A stretch of 64,000 bases of DNA from Leptospira sp. (GTDB taxonomy: Bacteria; Spirochaetota; Leptospiria; Leptospirales; Leptospiraceae): NCBI GenBank assembly GCA_002786225.1, contig PEQN01000004.1:85915-149914 (forward strand), written 5' to 3'. Numbering within the stretch: the stretch's first letter is position 1; each line of letters begins with the position of its first letter. The notes beneath the pieces were generated by a model. That model was not told the origin of the DNA. It saw only the letters and a list, made by a program, of their open reading frames with translations, and did not search any database. Positions 1 through 9,632 of this stretch are shown one piece after another. The translations under genes were made by a program, and so were the position numbers.

Positions 1-801
1 GATAAGAAAAAAATTGCACTCATAGGTGCCGCTGGTCGTATGGGGCGTGCAATTACCCAAGCTTTTCCTCAATCCAACTCTGTTAGTTTAGCATACGCTA
101 TAGTTCGCCCAGATACTTATTCCTTAGGATTTGATTCTGGTCTACACTCGGGGGGTAAAGAAAATAAAATCTTATTCTCTTCTGAACTAGAAGAGGCGAT
201 CCAGAATTCAGATGGAGTAATAGATTTTAGCTCCTTGCAGGCCTTAGATGCGAATTTGGATTTTTGTACAAAATACAAAAAACCAATGGTTATAGGACTT
301 ACTGGTTTGGATAAAGAGCATAAGGCGAAAATTGAAATAGCAAGCAAAATTATACCTATCGTTCTTTCACCAAATATGTCAATAGGTGTGAATCTCTTAT
401 TTAAGCTCACAGAAATTGCAGCAAAGGTTTTAGATAACAATTTTGATATAGAAGTTTTGGATATCCACCACAAACATAAGAAGGACTCACCATCAGGAAC
501 TGCCTCTAAATTGAAGGATATCTTACTTTCGACCTTACAAAGAAAAGAGTCTGATGTGGTTTATGGACGGCATGGAATTTATAATGAAAGACCTGCTAAA
601 GAAATCGGTATACACACTATTAGGGCAGGTGAGGTTGTTGGTGATCATACTGTTTTCTTTTTTTCTCCTGAGGAGAGAATTGAAATTTCTCATAAGGCAC
701 AGGATCGCAAGACCTTTGGTGTTGGCTCAGTAAAGGCTATCGAATATGTGATTAGTAAAGAGCCAGGTTTGTATGATATGTTTGATGTGTTGGGAATATA
801 G
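1..801 (+). CDS. dapB: 4-hydroxy-tetrahydrodipicolinate reductase, 5' end cut by window edge
   Basis: Frame 1 is open from base 1 ([16 protein letters not shown], a dinucleotide-binding N-terminus, precedes the ORF-track Met at 40). DapB signature [15 protein letters not shown]. Stop at 801. Confidence 0.9.
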   Translation, partial: DKKKIALIGAAGRMGRAITQAFPQSNSVSLAYAIVRPDTYSLGFDSGLHSGGKENKILFSSELEEAIQNSDGVIDFSSLQALDANLDFCTKYKKPMVIGLTGLDKEHKAKIEIASKIIPIVLSPNMSIGVNLLFKLTEIAAKVLDNNFDIEVLDIHHKHKKDSPSGTASKLKDILLSTLQRKESDVVYGRHGIYNERPAKEIGIHTIRAGEVVGDHTVFFFSPEERIEISHKAQDRKTFGVGSVKAIEYVISKEPGLYDMFDVLGI

Positions 802-811
802 AGAGATATAA

Positions 812-1636
812 GTGTTTGATATTTTTAAAGGAATAGTTCTTGTATCCTCAAATAAGAGTGTTCTTCTTATTTTTCTGGATATTCTAATTGTTAGCTTTTT
901 TATATACAAAATTTATAATATACTTAGACGAACCAGGGGCATTCAACTTCTCATGGGAGTTGGTTTCATCTGGATTCTTGGTGGGGTTGCCGAATATTTT
1001 GAGTTAGAGTTATTAGATTGGATTATTACGAATATTCGTCCTGCCTTAGTTTTTGCTATTATAGTTCTTTTGCAACCAGAGCTTAGGCGTATTACAGGTG
1101 ATCTAACAAGGTTTAAGTTAGTTAATTTTTTTATCATAAAGCAATCCTATGATCTAGATCCAATCATTGACGCAACCAAAGCTATGGCAGCATCTAAGAC
1201 AGGTTCCATTATTGTTCTTACTAAAGAAATTTCCCTAAAGAATATAGTTGAAGATTCTATACAAGTCGATGCACAAGTTACCTCTGCTTTGCTACAGACA
1301 ATTTTTGTGAAGAATACACCACTTCATGATGGTGCTGTAATCATTGAACAAAATCGAATCGTCTCTGCTTCCTCTTACTTACCGATGACAGAGGCCCTAG
1401 AGAATACTACTTTTGGAGCAAGGCATAGATCAGCCTTAGGGCTTGCTGAGGAAACAGATGCAGTTGTTATTGTGACCTCGGAAGAAACAGGAGAGATCTC
1501 TGTTTGCTATGACAGTGAAATGGTTCATCCAGTGAAACCATTGGAATTAAAGAGTTTAGTTAATTCTTTTCTCACTGAGAAAAAGAAAGAGAAGAAAGTT
1601 GATAGTGAGTCTGGAGCAGCATGGAAAGAAAAATAA
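812..1636 (+). CDS. cdaA: diadenylate cyclase (c-di-AMP synthase), membrane-anchored CdaA type
   Basis: GTG start 10 nt after the dapB stop. Hydrophobic N-terminal helices followed by a DAC domain with DGA ([10 protein letters not shown]) and RHR ([10 protein letters not shown]) motifs and [14 protein letters not shown]. Confidence 0.9.
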   Translation: MFDIFKGIVLVSSNKSVLLIFLDILIVSFFIYKIYNILRRTRGIQLLMGVGFIWILGGVAEYFELELLDWIITNIRPALVFAIIVLLQPELRRITGDLTRFKLVNFFIIKQSYDLDPIIDATKAMAASKTGSIIVLTKEISLKNIVEDSIQVDAQVTSALLQTIFVKNTPLHDGAVIIEQNRIVSASSYLPMTEALENTTFGARHRSALGLAEETDAVVIVTSEETGEISVCYDSEMVHPVKPLELKSLVNSFLTEKKKEKKVDSESGAAWKEK

Positions 1637-2703
1637 TCATAGCCAAGCTTCAAGAATTGTTTTTGAAAAATTGGAAAGCAAAGCTAGCATCCTTTCTTAT
1701 AGCTTCTTTATTTTACCTAAACCTCCAGAACTCCAAAATCCTTACTAAGAATATCAATGTCCCCATTGAATATCCTAAACTTGAAAACGGTTTGTATTAT
1801 GCTCAGACTCCTGAGAAAACTTTTCCCATACGGGTAGAAGGTCTGCGAGAAATTGTTAATTACTACTCTCAATTCATGAAGGCGGTAGTTGATGTCGAAG
1901 ATCTTAAGTTAGGTGAGAACGAAGTATCTATCAAGAAAATTGTAGGCGTGCCAAGTGGAATAAAGGTAACCAAACTTAAGAAAACGATTCTATTTACAGT
2001 AGAAGGCTCAACTACCAAACAGATTCCCTTGGAAATTAATTTTGATGGAGAGCTTTCAGCCAATTTTGAAAAGGTTTCTTATTTGATAAGACCCAGTAAG
2101 ATTACAATAAGCGGAAAGCAATCGGATGTAGAACGTATGAATAAAATAGTTCTACCTACTATTTCTTTACAAGACCAAAGTGAATCTTTTGTTCGCAAAA
2201 TTAAAATTCCTGATCTACCAAAGGGTGTATATGTATCAGGAGGAATCAAAGAGGCTATAGTTTCCGTTACAATATCTTCTCTTGCAATTAAAGCAGGGGA
2301 GCAATTGATTTCTGGTATTCCCTTGAAATGTATTGGAACCAATCAATACCTAGAACCAGAGCTCTCAGAAGAACAAGTGGCTATAAAAATATTTTCTAGG
2401 ACACCATTGAAATCAAGTTCCGTCATCAATGGCATAGATGCAACAGTTCCTTGCAATCATTCCTATGATCCCATCAAAAAGAAAATCATCCCAACGGATC
2501 AACCTATTATAACAAGAGTTAGGGTATCGAGATCTAGAGATTTGAAGAATATCGAAATCCTCCAAATTATTCCTGAGAAAGTAACCATTAGCTATAGAGT
2601 AAAAACCGAACAAATGAATATGAATGATGATGAAACAGAGCCAACCGAAATTGATCCTAGCACAACACCAATTCCAGAACCTAGCGATCTCTTGGATAAA
2701 TAA
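1621..2703 (+). CDS. cdaR: YbbR-domain protein, CdaA regulator CdaR-like
   Basis: Overlaps the cdaA 3' end by 16 nt. N-terminal TM anchor, long beta-rich repeated body typical of YbbR proteins, conserved position after cdaA, acidic/Pro-rich C-tail. Confidence 0.75.
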   Translation: MERKIIIAKLQELFLKNWKAKLASFLIASLFYLNLQNSKILTKNINVPIEYPKLENGLYYAQTPEKTFPIRVEGLREIVNYYSQFMKAVVDVEDLKLGENEVSIKKIVGVPSGIKVTKLKKTILFTVEGSTTKQIPLEINFDGELSANFEKVSYLIRPSKITISGKQSDVERMNKIVLPTISLQDQSESFVRKIKIPDLPKGVYVSGGIKEAIVSVTISSLAIKAGEQLISGIPLKCIGTNQYLEPELSEEQVAIKIFSRTPLKSSSVINGIDATVPCNHSYDPIKKKIIPTDQPIITRVRVSRSRDLKNIEILQIIPEKVTISYRVKTEQMNMNDDETEPTEIDPSTTPIPEPSDLLDK

Positions 2704-3078
2704 ATGCCAATTTCTATAGGAAACGATATTATTTCCAATGAAAGAGTACGAAAAGCACTCGCAGATCATGGGGACAGATTTTTAAATCGAATTTTTACAG
2801 AAGAAGAACAGATTTATTGCCTTGCTAAAAAAGATCCCGTACCTCATCTTGCTGCACGTTTTGCATGCAAAGAAGCCTTCATCAAAGCAATAGGTTTAGA
2901 GTCAAATGAAACCTTGGATATGAGAGAGATTGAATTACTCGGTCGTGACTTTGGTAAAAAAAGGCTTTGCATGTACGGTAAATCTAAGGAAATGTTTACT
3001 TCTAAGGGATTTTTAGATGCTCAGGCTTCCATAAGCCATTGTGAGGAATTTTCAACGGCAGTTGTGCTTCTAACCTAG
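2704..3078 (+). CDS. acpS: holo-[acyl-carrier-protein] synthase
   Basis: ATG directly follows the cdaR stop. 124 aa with IGNDII, ARFACKEAFIKA and SISHC motifs of the AcpS 4'-phosphopantetheinyl transferases. Confidence 0.9.
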   Translation: MPISIGNDIISNERVRKALADHGDRFLNRIFTEEEQIYCLAKKDPVPHLAARFACKEAFIKAIGLESNETLDMREIELLGRDFGKKRLCMYGKSKEMFTSKGFLDAQASISHCEEFSTAVVLLT

Positions 3079-3083
3079 GGGGA

Positions 3084-3311
3084 ATGATGATAGTATCAAG
3101 CGACATGGAAAGAGTTTTATTGCTCTACAACGAAGGATTAATGCTTTATAAAACAAAGAAATTCCAAGATGCAAAAGCAAAGTTTACAGAAGCCTTGCAT
3201 ATATCTCCGAATGATGGTCCTTCCAAATTGTATATTGAAAGATGCGAAAGCTTTATTTTAAACCCTCCGCCTGCGGATTGGGACGGCGTCTATACCATGA
3301 CAACAAAATAG
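3084..3311 (+). CDS. hypothetical small TPR-like helical protein
   Basis: 75-aa ORF with GGGGGA just upstream of ATG 3084. One TPR-like helix pair (LLYNEGLMLYKTKKFQDAKAKFTEAL) and the tail RCESFILNPPPADWDGVYTMTTK. Family not recognised with certainty. Confidence 0.45.
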   Translation: MMIVSSDMERVLLLYNEGLMLYKTKKFQDAKAKFTEALHISPNDGPSKLYIERCESFILNPPPADWDGVYTMTTK

Positions 3312-3313
3312 AT

Positions 3314-3685
3314 ATGAGTAAAAAAAATAACCAACCCTTAGTTACAGAGCATGGAGTTATATCCACTGTTCTTGGCAAAGAAACTTCTTTTAATGGAGTT
3401 TTGAATTTCAAAAAGCCACTTCAAATTTCTGGCGAATTCAAAGGCGAAATTGTATCCGAAGGGCATTTGGTCATCAATGAAGGTGCTAGAGTCCAAGCCA
3501 ATATAAGAGCAAGCACAGTTATAGTAGGCGGAATGGTCATTGGAAATGTAATCGCGACAAATCGTCTCGAAATGCTTCAAACTGGGAAAGTTCAGGGAAA
3601 CATTAAGACTGCGAAACTGCAAATCGCTGATGGAGTTATCTTTGATGGAAACTGTGAGATGATTCAACCTGGAGAAGAGATCTAA
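3314..3685 (+). CDS. bactofilin family cytoskeletal protein
   Basis: Repetitive beta-helix sequence (GEFKGEIVSEGHLVINEGARVQANIRASTVIVGGMVIGNVIATNRLEM...GNIKTAKLQIADGVIFDGNCEM) typical of bactofilin/DUF583. In-frame ATG 3314 (MSKKNNQ) is preferred over ORF-track 3242, which would overlap the previous ORF by 70 nt. Confidence 0.85.
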   Translation: MSKKNNQPLVTEHGVISTVLGKETSFNGVLNFKKPLQISGEFKGEIVSEGHLVINEGARVQANIRASTVIVGGMVIGNVIATNRLEMLQTGKVQGNIKTAKLQIADGVIFDGNCEMIQPGEEI

Positions 3686-3736
3686 GACTTGACTCCAAGC
3701 TTATTTTTCCAAGAATGGTAAATCAAGCCCATAGAT

Positions 3737-3970
3737 ATGAATAGGGGGCAGATAGGCAATTTATTTCTAGTTCTAGTATTAGGACTTTTCATAGGTGCCA
3801 TCTCTGGAATTATATTGGATCGCTTATTTGGGATTCATTTTTTCTCGATGTTCCTCTTCGACCAACCATTTGTTCTTGAGCTATATATAATTAAAGTCGG
3901 GATCCAACTAACCCCTGCAAGCCTAATTGGCATTGTAGTAACAGGGTATCTCGCACTAAAAAAGGGGTAA
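3737..3970 (+). CDS. small integral membrane protein (DUF4321-like, tentative)
   Basis: 77 aa with two or three hydrophobic helices. Ends 2 nt before rpsB. The family assignment is from memory of the DUF4321 pattern only. Confidence 0.5.
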   Translation: MNRGQIGNLFLVLVLGLFIGAISGIILDRLFGIHFFSMFLFDQPFVLELYIIKVGIQLTPASLIGIVVTGYLALKKG

Positions 3971-3972
3971 AT

Positions 3973-4908
3973 ATGTCAGTAATTTCCATGAAAAGCCTGT
4001 TAGAATCAGGCGTACACTTCGGTCACCAAACACGTCGTTGGAATCCTAAAATGGCTCCGTATGTCTTCACTGCAAGAAACGGAATCCACATTATCGATCT
4101 TCAGAAGACTGTTCAAAAAACAAAAGAAGCTTATGATGCACTTAGAAGATTAACTTCCCAAGGCAAGAAAGTTCTATTTGTTGGAACCAAAAAACAAGCG
4201 CGTGGTGCTATTGAAAGAGCAGCCATTGATTGTGGTATGTATTATGTATCTAACCGTTGGTTAGGTGGACTTTTAACGAATTGGAATACAGTTAAGAAAT
4301 CTATCGCTCGTCTGAAAAGATTAGAGACTATGGAAGCAGAGAACTCTTTTGAGCAGGAAGCCAAAACTAAGAAAGAAGCTCTTTCTCTTAAAAGAGAATT
4401 AGAAAAGTCTAGAGCTACTCTTGGTGGAATCAAGGATATGGCAACGATTCCTGAAATTTTATTTGTTATTGATCCTAAGAAAGAAGAAATCGCAGTGAAA
4501 GAGGCGAAGAAATTAGGGCTTACAGTTTTTGCAGTTATTGATACCAATTGTGATCCAGAATTAATTGATTACCCAATTCCTGGCAATGACGATGCAATCC
4601 GAGCAATTACACTTTTTCTTGATACTATGGCGAATGCTGTGAAAGAAGGAACAGGTGGAGAAGTAATCCAACCGAATTTTACTGAAGATGAAGATATTGA
4701 TCCAGCTCAACTCTATAGTGGAGAATACGACGAAAGTGGTAGATTCATTAAAGATGAAGAGAAAGCGGCAGAAGCTTTGGCAAATGAAGAATTGGAAAAG
4801 AATGCGGCAGCTGCTGCTGAAGGACAAGTGGTAGCAAGTGTAACAGTTCCAGCTGAAAATCCTGCTCCATCAACTAACGAAACACAGGCTCCAGAAGCCA
4901 ATAACTAA
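3973..4908 (+). CDS. rpsB: 30S ribosomal protein S2 with acidic/Ala-rich C-terminal extension
   Basis: [15 protein letters not shown] signature and full-length S2 core. About 60 extra low-complexity residues at the C-terminus. Confidence 0.97.
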   Translation: MSVISMKSLLESGVHFGHQTRRWNPKMAPYVFTARNGIHIIDLQKTVQKTKEAYDALRRLTSQGKKVLFVGTKKQARGAIERAAIDCGMYYVSNRWLGGLLTNWNTVKKSIARLKRLETMEAENSFEQEAKTKKEALSLKRELEKSRATLGGIKDMATIPEILFVIDPKKEEIAVKEAKKLGLTVFAVIDTNCDPELIDYPIPGNDDAIRAITLFLDTMANAVKEGTGGEVIQPNFTEDEDIDPAQLYSGEYDESGRFIKDEEKAAEALANEELEKNAAAAAEGQVVASVTVPAENPAPSTNETQAPEANN

Positions 4909-4922
4909 TAAAGGAATTTATT

Positions 4923-5513
4923 GTGGCAAGTGCAGAACTGATCAAAGAATTAAGAGAAAGAACTGGGGCAGGAATGCTCGATTGTAAGAAAGCTTTAACA
5001 GATCACAATGATGATATTGAAAAAGCAGCTGACTATCTTAGAGAAAAAGGTATGGCAAAGGCAGCAAAACGCGTAGGGAAAGAAACTTCCCAAGGTCGAG
5101 TGGTTGCTTATATCCATGGTGGAACTGGAAAAGTTGGAGTTCTCGTTCAATTGAATTGTGAAACTGACTTTGTTGGAAATAATGAAGAATTCGAAGCCTT
5201 AGGTAAAGAAATCTGTATGCAAATTGCAGCTATGTCTCCTCTTTTCATAAGTGAAGACCAAGTGCCTAAGGATGAAATTGAAGCGGAATCTAAGGTTCTG
5301 AAAGCTCAATTGGAAGAAGAAGGCAAGAAGCCAGAACAAATTGAGAAAATACTTCCAGGCAAACTTAAGAAATACTATTCCGAGGTTTGCTTACTGAACC
5401 AACCTTTTATCAAAGAAAATTCTAAAACGATTCAAGATCTTATCAATGAAGCAATTGCAAAATTTGGCGAAAATATAACAGTTGCTAAGTTCTCAAGGTT
5501 TCAGGTTGGCTGA
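4923..5513 (+). CDS. tsf: translation elongation factor Ts (short form)
   Basis: GTG start. [19 protein letters not shown]-like N-terminus and NCETDFV motif. rpsB-tsf synteny. Confidence 0.95.
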   Translation: MASAELIKELRERTGAGMLDCKKALTDHNDDIEKAADYLREKGMAKAAKRVGKETSQGRVVAYIHGGTGKVGVLVQLNCETDFVGNNEEFEALGKEICMQIAAMSPLFISEDQVPKDEIEAESKVLKAQLEEEGKKPEQIEKILPGKLKKYYSEVCLLNQPFIKENSKTIQDLINEAIAKFGENITVAKFSRFQVG

Positions 5514-6261
5514 TTCAAGTAAATCAACTTATCCTTACAAAAGGATTCTAATCAAGCTCTCCGGCGAGGCTTTGGCTGGCGAGGGTGAGCTTGGTATTGA
5601 TACAAATAAAACATTCTCTTTAGCAGGTGAAATTGCTGAAATCCAATCTATGGGCTTGCAAGTTGCTTTGGTTGTTGGTGGCGGAAATATTGTTAGAGGT
5701 AATACTCTAGCGAAATCTGGTATGGATAGAGCCACAGCAGATTACATGGGCATGCTTGGTACCATTATGAACGCTCTCGCCTTACAAGATGCTTGCGAAA
5801 AGCAAGGTATGTTCACAAGAGTTCTATCTGCCATAGAGATGAAATCTGTCGCTGAACCTTACATTCGCAGAAGGGCTGTTCGCCATTTAGAAAAGGGCAG
5901 AGTCATTATTTTTGCTGGTGGAACGGGAAATCCTTACTTTACAACAGATACCACAGCCTCACTTAGAGCTGTAGAAGTTGGATGCGAAGTAATCCTTAAG
6001 GCAACCAAGGTAGATGGAGTTTACACTGCTGACCCTAAGAAAGATCCTCAGGCATCTCGTTATAAGAAAGTCTCCTTCATGGAATCCATCAAAGAGAGAC
6101 TAAAGGTTATGGATTCGACTGCTTTGAGCTTGTGCATGGACAATGATATGCCTATCATTGTATTTGATATTTTTAAGAAAGGCAATTTAAAAGCACTTGT
6201 AACAGGTGCTGATATAGGAACATTAATTTCTAATTCTGAGGAGCTAGTAAAAGATGTCTGA
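5482..6261 (+). CDS. pyrH: UMP kinase
   Basis: [21 protein letters not shown] and [11 protein letters not shown] motifs. TTG 5482 overlaps the tsf end, and in-frame TTG 5506 is an alternative start. Confidence 0.95.
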   Translation: MLSSQGFRLADSSKSTYPYKRILIKLSGEALAGEGELGIDTNKTFSLAGEIAEIQSMGLQVALVVGGGNIVRGNTLAKSGMDRATADYMGMLGTIMNALALQDACEKQGMFTRVLSAIEMKSVAEPYIRRRAVRHLEKGRVIIFAGGTGNPYFTTDTTASLRAVEVGCEVILKATKVDGVYTADPKKDPQASRYKKVSFMESIKERLKVMDSTALSLCMDNDMPIIVFDIFKKGNLKALVTGADIGTLISNSEELVKDV

Positions 6262-6805
6262 TGAAATCATACAACAAATGACAAGCAAAATGGATAAGAC
6301 CATTGAAGCTTTGAAAAAAGATTTTTCCCAAGTTCGTTCTGGCAAGGCTAACCCTGCTATGATAGAAGATGTAAAAGCAGAATACTATGGTACTCCAACC
6401 GCTTTGAATCAATTAGGGAATATAACTGCTCCTGAACCAAGGATGTTAGTTTTCTCTCCTTATGACAAGGGAGCAATTAAAGAAGTTGAAAGAGCGATTC
6501 AATCTTCTGGACTTGGACTCACACCAACTAATGATGGAGTTGTGATTCGTATTATTCTTCCTGAGCTAACGGGCGAAAGACGAAAAGAGCTTGCCAAAGT
6601 TGTTAAGACAAAGTCTGAAGAAAAAAAAGTAGCTATTCGAAATATTCGTAGAGATGCCAATGATGATTTGAAGAAAGATAGCGAAGGCAAATCACAAGAT
6701 GAGATGAAGCTTGTTCAAGATAAAATCCAAAAGACGACTGATTCCTACATTGCAAAAATCGATGAACTAGCAAAAGACAAAGAAAAAGAAATTCTCACTG
6801 TATAA
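6254..6805 (+). CDS. frr: ribosome recycling factor
   Basis: 183 aa with [15 protein letters not shown] and [10 protein letters not shown] motifs. Overlaps the pyrH end by 8 nt. Confidence 0.95.
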   Translation: MSDEIIQQMTSKMDKTIEALKKDFSQVRSGKANPAMIEDVKAEYYGTPTALNQLGNITAPEPRMLVFSPYDKGAIKEVERAIQSSGLGLTPTNDGVVIRIILPELTGERRKELAKVVKTKSEEKKVAIRNIRRDANDDLKKDSEGKSQDEMKLVQDKIQKTTDSYIAKIDELAKDKEKEILTV

Positions 6806-6814
6806 GTTTCATTC

Positions 6815-7537
6815 GTGTCGACACCACAACAATTCAAAGCTATTCCAAATCACATAGCAGTCATTATGGATGGCAATGGTCGATGGGCTTCGTCCAAGGG
6901 TCTCAAGCGAACTGAGGGACACCGTGAAGGTGCCAAGGCAATCGATCGATTGATGGATGATGCAATTGAGTTCGGACTCAAGAATATTTCACTCTATGCT
7001 TTTTCCACAGAAAATTGGAAAAGACCTGTTCTAGAAATAAAAGCTATCTTTGATCTGTTGATTGAATTTATCAATGATAGGTTGGATAATATTCACTCCA
7101 AGGGGATTCGCATCCAGCATTCAGGTTCAAGAAAAAGAATCCCAGCCTCTGCCTTAAAAAGTATAGATGCCGCTGTAGCAAAAACAAAAAAAAACAAGGT
7201 CCTTACGATCAACTTTTGTTTAAACTATGGATCCAAGGATGAGATCCTTCATGCCTTTAACGAAGCAATGAAAGAAAGGAAAATAAATCGAAAAGATCTT
7301 TCAGCTCCCATGAAAGAAAGAGAATTTGAAAAATATTTATATACATATCCATTGCCAGCTGTAGATTTACTCATCAGGACAGCAGGTGAGCAGAGAATTT
7401 CGAATTTTCTTCTTTGGCAAATTGCCTACTCGGAAATTTTTTTTACTAATACCCTCTGGCCTGATTTCAATAGGGATTCTTTGGTTGATGCACTAAAGTC
7501 TTATGAACATAGAGTTAGAAAATTTGGTGGTTTATAA
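6815..7537 (+). CDS. uppS: di-trans,poly-cis-undecaprenyl-diphosphate synthase
   Basis: HIAVIMDGNGRWA and DLLIRTAGEQRISNFLLWQ signatures. GTG start. Confidence 0.95.
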   Translation: MSTPQQFKAIPNHIAVIMDGNGRWASSKGLKRTEGHREGAKAIDRLMDDAIEFGLKNISLYAFSTENWKRPVLEIKAIFDLLIEFINDRLDNIHSKGIRIQHSGSRKRIPASALKSIDAAVAKTKKNKVLTINFCLNYGSKDEILHAFNEAMKERKINRKDLSAPMKEREFEKYLYTYPLPAVDLLIRTAGEQRISNFLLWQIAYSEIFFTNTLWPDFNRDSLVDALKSYEHRVRKFGGL

Positions 7538-8457
7538 TGGGTGAGACGTCAAAACGTATTCTTTCTGCAATAGTACTAGTTGTAATTTTCCTTGTAGCAT
7601 TACTCTATTCAGGATTTTACTATATCGATTTGTTTCTCTTTGGATTATTCATCATCTATTTTGGTTTGAGAGAATTCTATGATTTCAGTCATAGAGAAGA
7701 ATCCCAAGCATTTCGAGGAACGGGCTATTTCTTTTCTCTACTCATTTTTTTAGTTTACTACTTTCAATTTATGGGAATGCAAACGTATATAGATCCACCA
7801 GCATGGGTTTTGGATGTAGCAAAATTATTTAATACAAGTGGATTCTCTCCCGTGATTGCCTTGTTGGTTCTTCTGATGATCTCATCATTTCTCCTTCAAA
7901 TTATCAAACGTCCGCTAGATGGTGCTTTGATGTCAGTTGCATCCACTGTTCTTGCAACTCTTTATGTAGTAATTCCAATTGGACATTTTCTTTTGCTTTT
8001 GGGGCTTTCTCGTTTTGGAGAATACTATATTTTTTTAGTTTGTGTGATAACTATAATCTCTGATGCAGGAGCCTATTTTGGAGGAAGATGGTTTGGTAAA
8101 AATCCAGCGGGACTCAAAGTATCCCCTAAGAAGACCTGGGAAGGATATATTACCGGAAATATTTCTGCAGTATTGTGTGTTCAGTTACTGAATTATCTCT
8201 GGATTACATTTACATCTGACAAAGAACTCCCACTCGGTTTGCTGGAATCTGTAGTACTTAGTGTAATTATTTCCTTCATTTCTGTGATTGGTGATTTGGC
8301 AGAGTCTGGATTAAAAAGAGACGCCAAGATCAAAGATTCAGCCTCCATTATTCCTGGACATGGTGGAATGTTGGATCTCGCCGATGCCTTGCTTTTTACC
8401 ATTCCATGCATTTACTATTATTTTAAATTCAAGGAAGTTTTAGGCTTCCCTGTCTAA
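7537..8457 (+). CDS. cdsA: phosphatidate cytidylyltransferase
   Basis: Polytopic membrane protein with the CdsA signature SVIGDLAESGLKRDAKIKDSASIIPGHGGMLD. Its ATG overlaps the uppS stop. Confidence 0.9.
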   Translation: MGETSKRILSAIVLVVIFLVALLYSGFYYIDLFLFGLFIIYFGLREFYDFSHREESQAFRGTGYFFSLLIFLVYYFQFMGMQTYIDPPAWVLDVAKLFNTSGFSPVIALLVLLMISSFLLQIIKRPLDGALMSVASTVLATLYVVIPIGHFLLLLGLSRFGEYYIFLVCVITIISDAGAYFGGRWFGKNPAGLKVSPKKTWEGYITGNISAVLCVQLLNYLWITFTSDKELPLGLLESVVLSVIISFISVIGDLAESGLKRDAKIKDSASIIPGHGGMLDLADALLFTIPCIYYYFKFKEVLGFPV

Positions 8458-8468
8458 ACTATAGACAG

Positions 8469-9632
8469 ATGAAAAAAGTAGCAGTTCTCGGAATCTCTGG
8501 TTCGGTTGGTGACTCAACACTTAAGGTTCTAAGACGATTTTCTAAAGATTTTCAACTAACAGCTTTTTCTGTTCATACGAATTGGAAGAAGGCTGAAGAG
8601 TTGATTCTTGAATTCAAGCCCGAACTTGTTTGTATCTCCTCTCCGAATTCTGAATCTCGTAGCCTTGGGGCAAAATATAAAAACACAAAAATCATTTATG
8701 GTGAAGAAGGCTTAAGCGAGATAGCGTCTCATCCTAGTGTAGATATTCTTGTTACTGCTGTTGTTGGTTCCATAGGTGTTGTTCCTACCATAGAGGCTAT
8801 CAAATGCAATAAAGACATAGCTATAGCGAACAAAGAAACACTTGTGACTTTCGGTCCCGTGATCAATCACCTATTAAAGACTTCGAAATCCAAATTGCTG
8901 CCAGTAGATTCCGAACACAATGCACTCTTTCAACTACTAGAGACTAAGAAACCATCTGAGATTTCCGCTATTACTTTAACTGCATCAGGTGGGTCCTTCC
9001 GAGACCTGCCTATAGAGCAACTGCCTCATGTAACCATAGCCCAAGCCTTGAAGCATCCAACCTGGACTATGGGCCCAAAGATTACAGTTGATTCTGCTGG
9101 CTTGGTTAACAAAGGTTTGGAGGTAATTGAAGCTCACTTCTTATTTGGGTATTCTTATGACCATATCGAAGTTGTGATCCACCCCGAATCAATTGTCCAC
9201 GGTCTTATTGAGACCGTGGATGGAGCAGTTCTTGCTTATGCATCTCATCCTGATATGATTTTTCCTGTGGCACATTCGCTTTTCTATCCCCAGGAAATTC
9301 CTGAATTATTAATAGAACGTAAGCCATTTTCCTGGAAAAGTTTAAGCTTTCGTGAGCCCGATCAGTCTAGATACCCTGCCTTAAAGCTAGCCTATGAAGC
9401 AGGTAGAACAGGTTATACGGCTCCTGCCATTTTCAATGCTGCCAATGAAGTAGCCGTAGACTTATTTCTAAGAGAGCAGATATCATTTATTCAGATTCCT
9501 GATATCATTTCTGATGCAATTCATACTATGAATATTTCAAAATCACTCGATTTAGAGAATTTTATGTCTGCAGACCAAGCTGCAAGAAGATTTGTCTTGG
9601 AGAAATACAACAAGGGAGTTGCTCTGTGTTAA
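8469..9632 (+). CDS. dxr: 1-deoxy-D-xylulose 5-phosphate reductoisomerase
   Basis: VLGISGSVG NADPH loop, ANKE, PVDSEHNA and LTASGGSFR motifs. Confidence 0.95.
   Translation: MKKVAVLGISGSVGDSTLKVLRRFSKDFQLTAFSVHTNWKKAEELILEFKPELVCISSPNSESRSLGAKYKNTKIIYGEEGLSEIASHPSVDILVTAVVGSIGVVPTIEAIKCNKDIAIANKETLVTFGPVINHLLKTSKSKLLPVDSEHNALFQLLETKKPSEISAITLTASGGSFRDLPIEQLPHVTIAQALKHPTWTMGPKITVDSAGLVNKGLEVIEAHFLFGYSYDHIEVVIHPESIVHGLIETVDGAVLAYASHPDMIFPVAHSLFYPQEIPELLIERKPFSWKSLSFREPDQSRYPALKLAYEAGRTGYTAPAIFNAANEVAVDLFLREQISFIQIPDIISDAIHTMNISKSLDLENFMSADQAARRFVLEKYNKGVALC

Noticed and set aside
3242-3313. Upstream start for the bactofilin gene, overlapping the 75-aa ORF
   Set aside because: The first 24 codons (MRKLYFKPSACGLGRRLYHDNKID) are the out-of-frame read of the preceding ORF tail. 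ATG 3314 removes the overlap.
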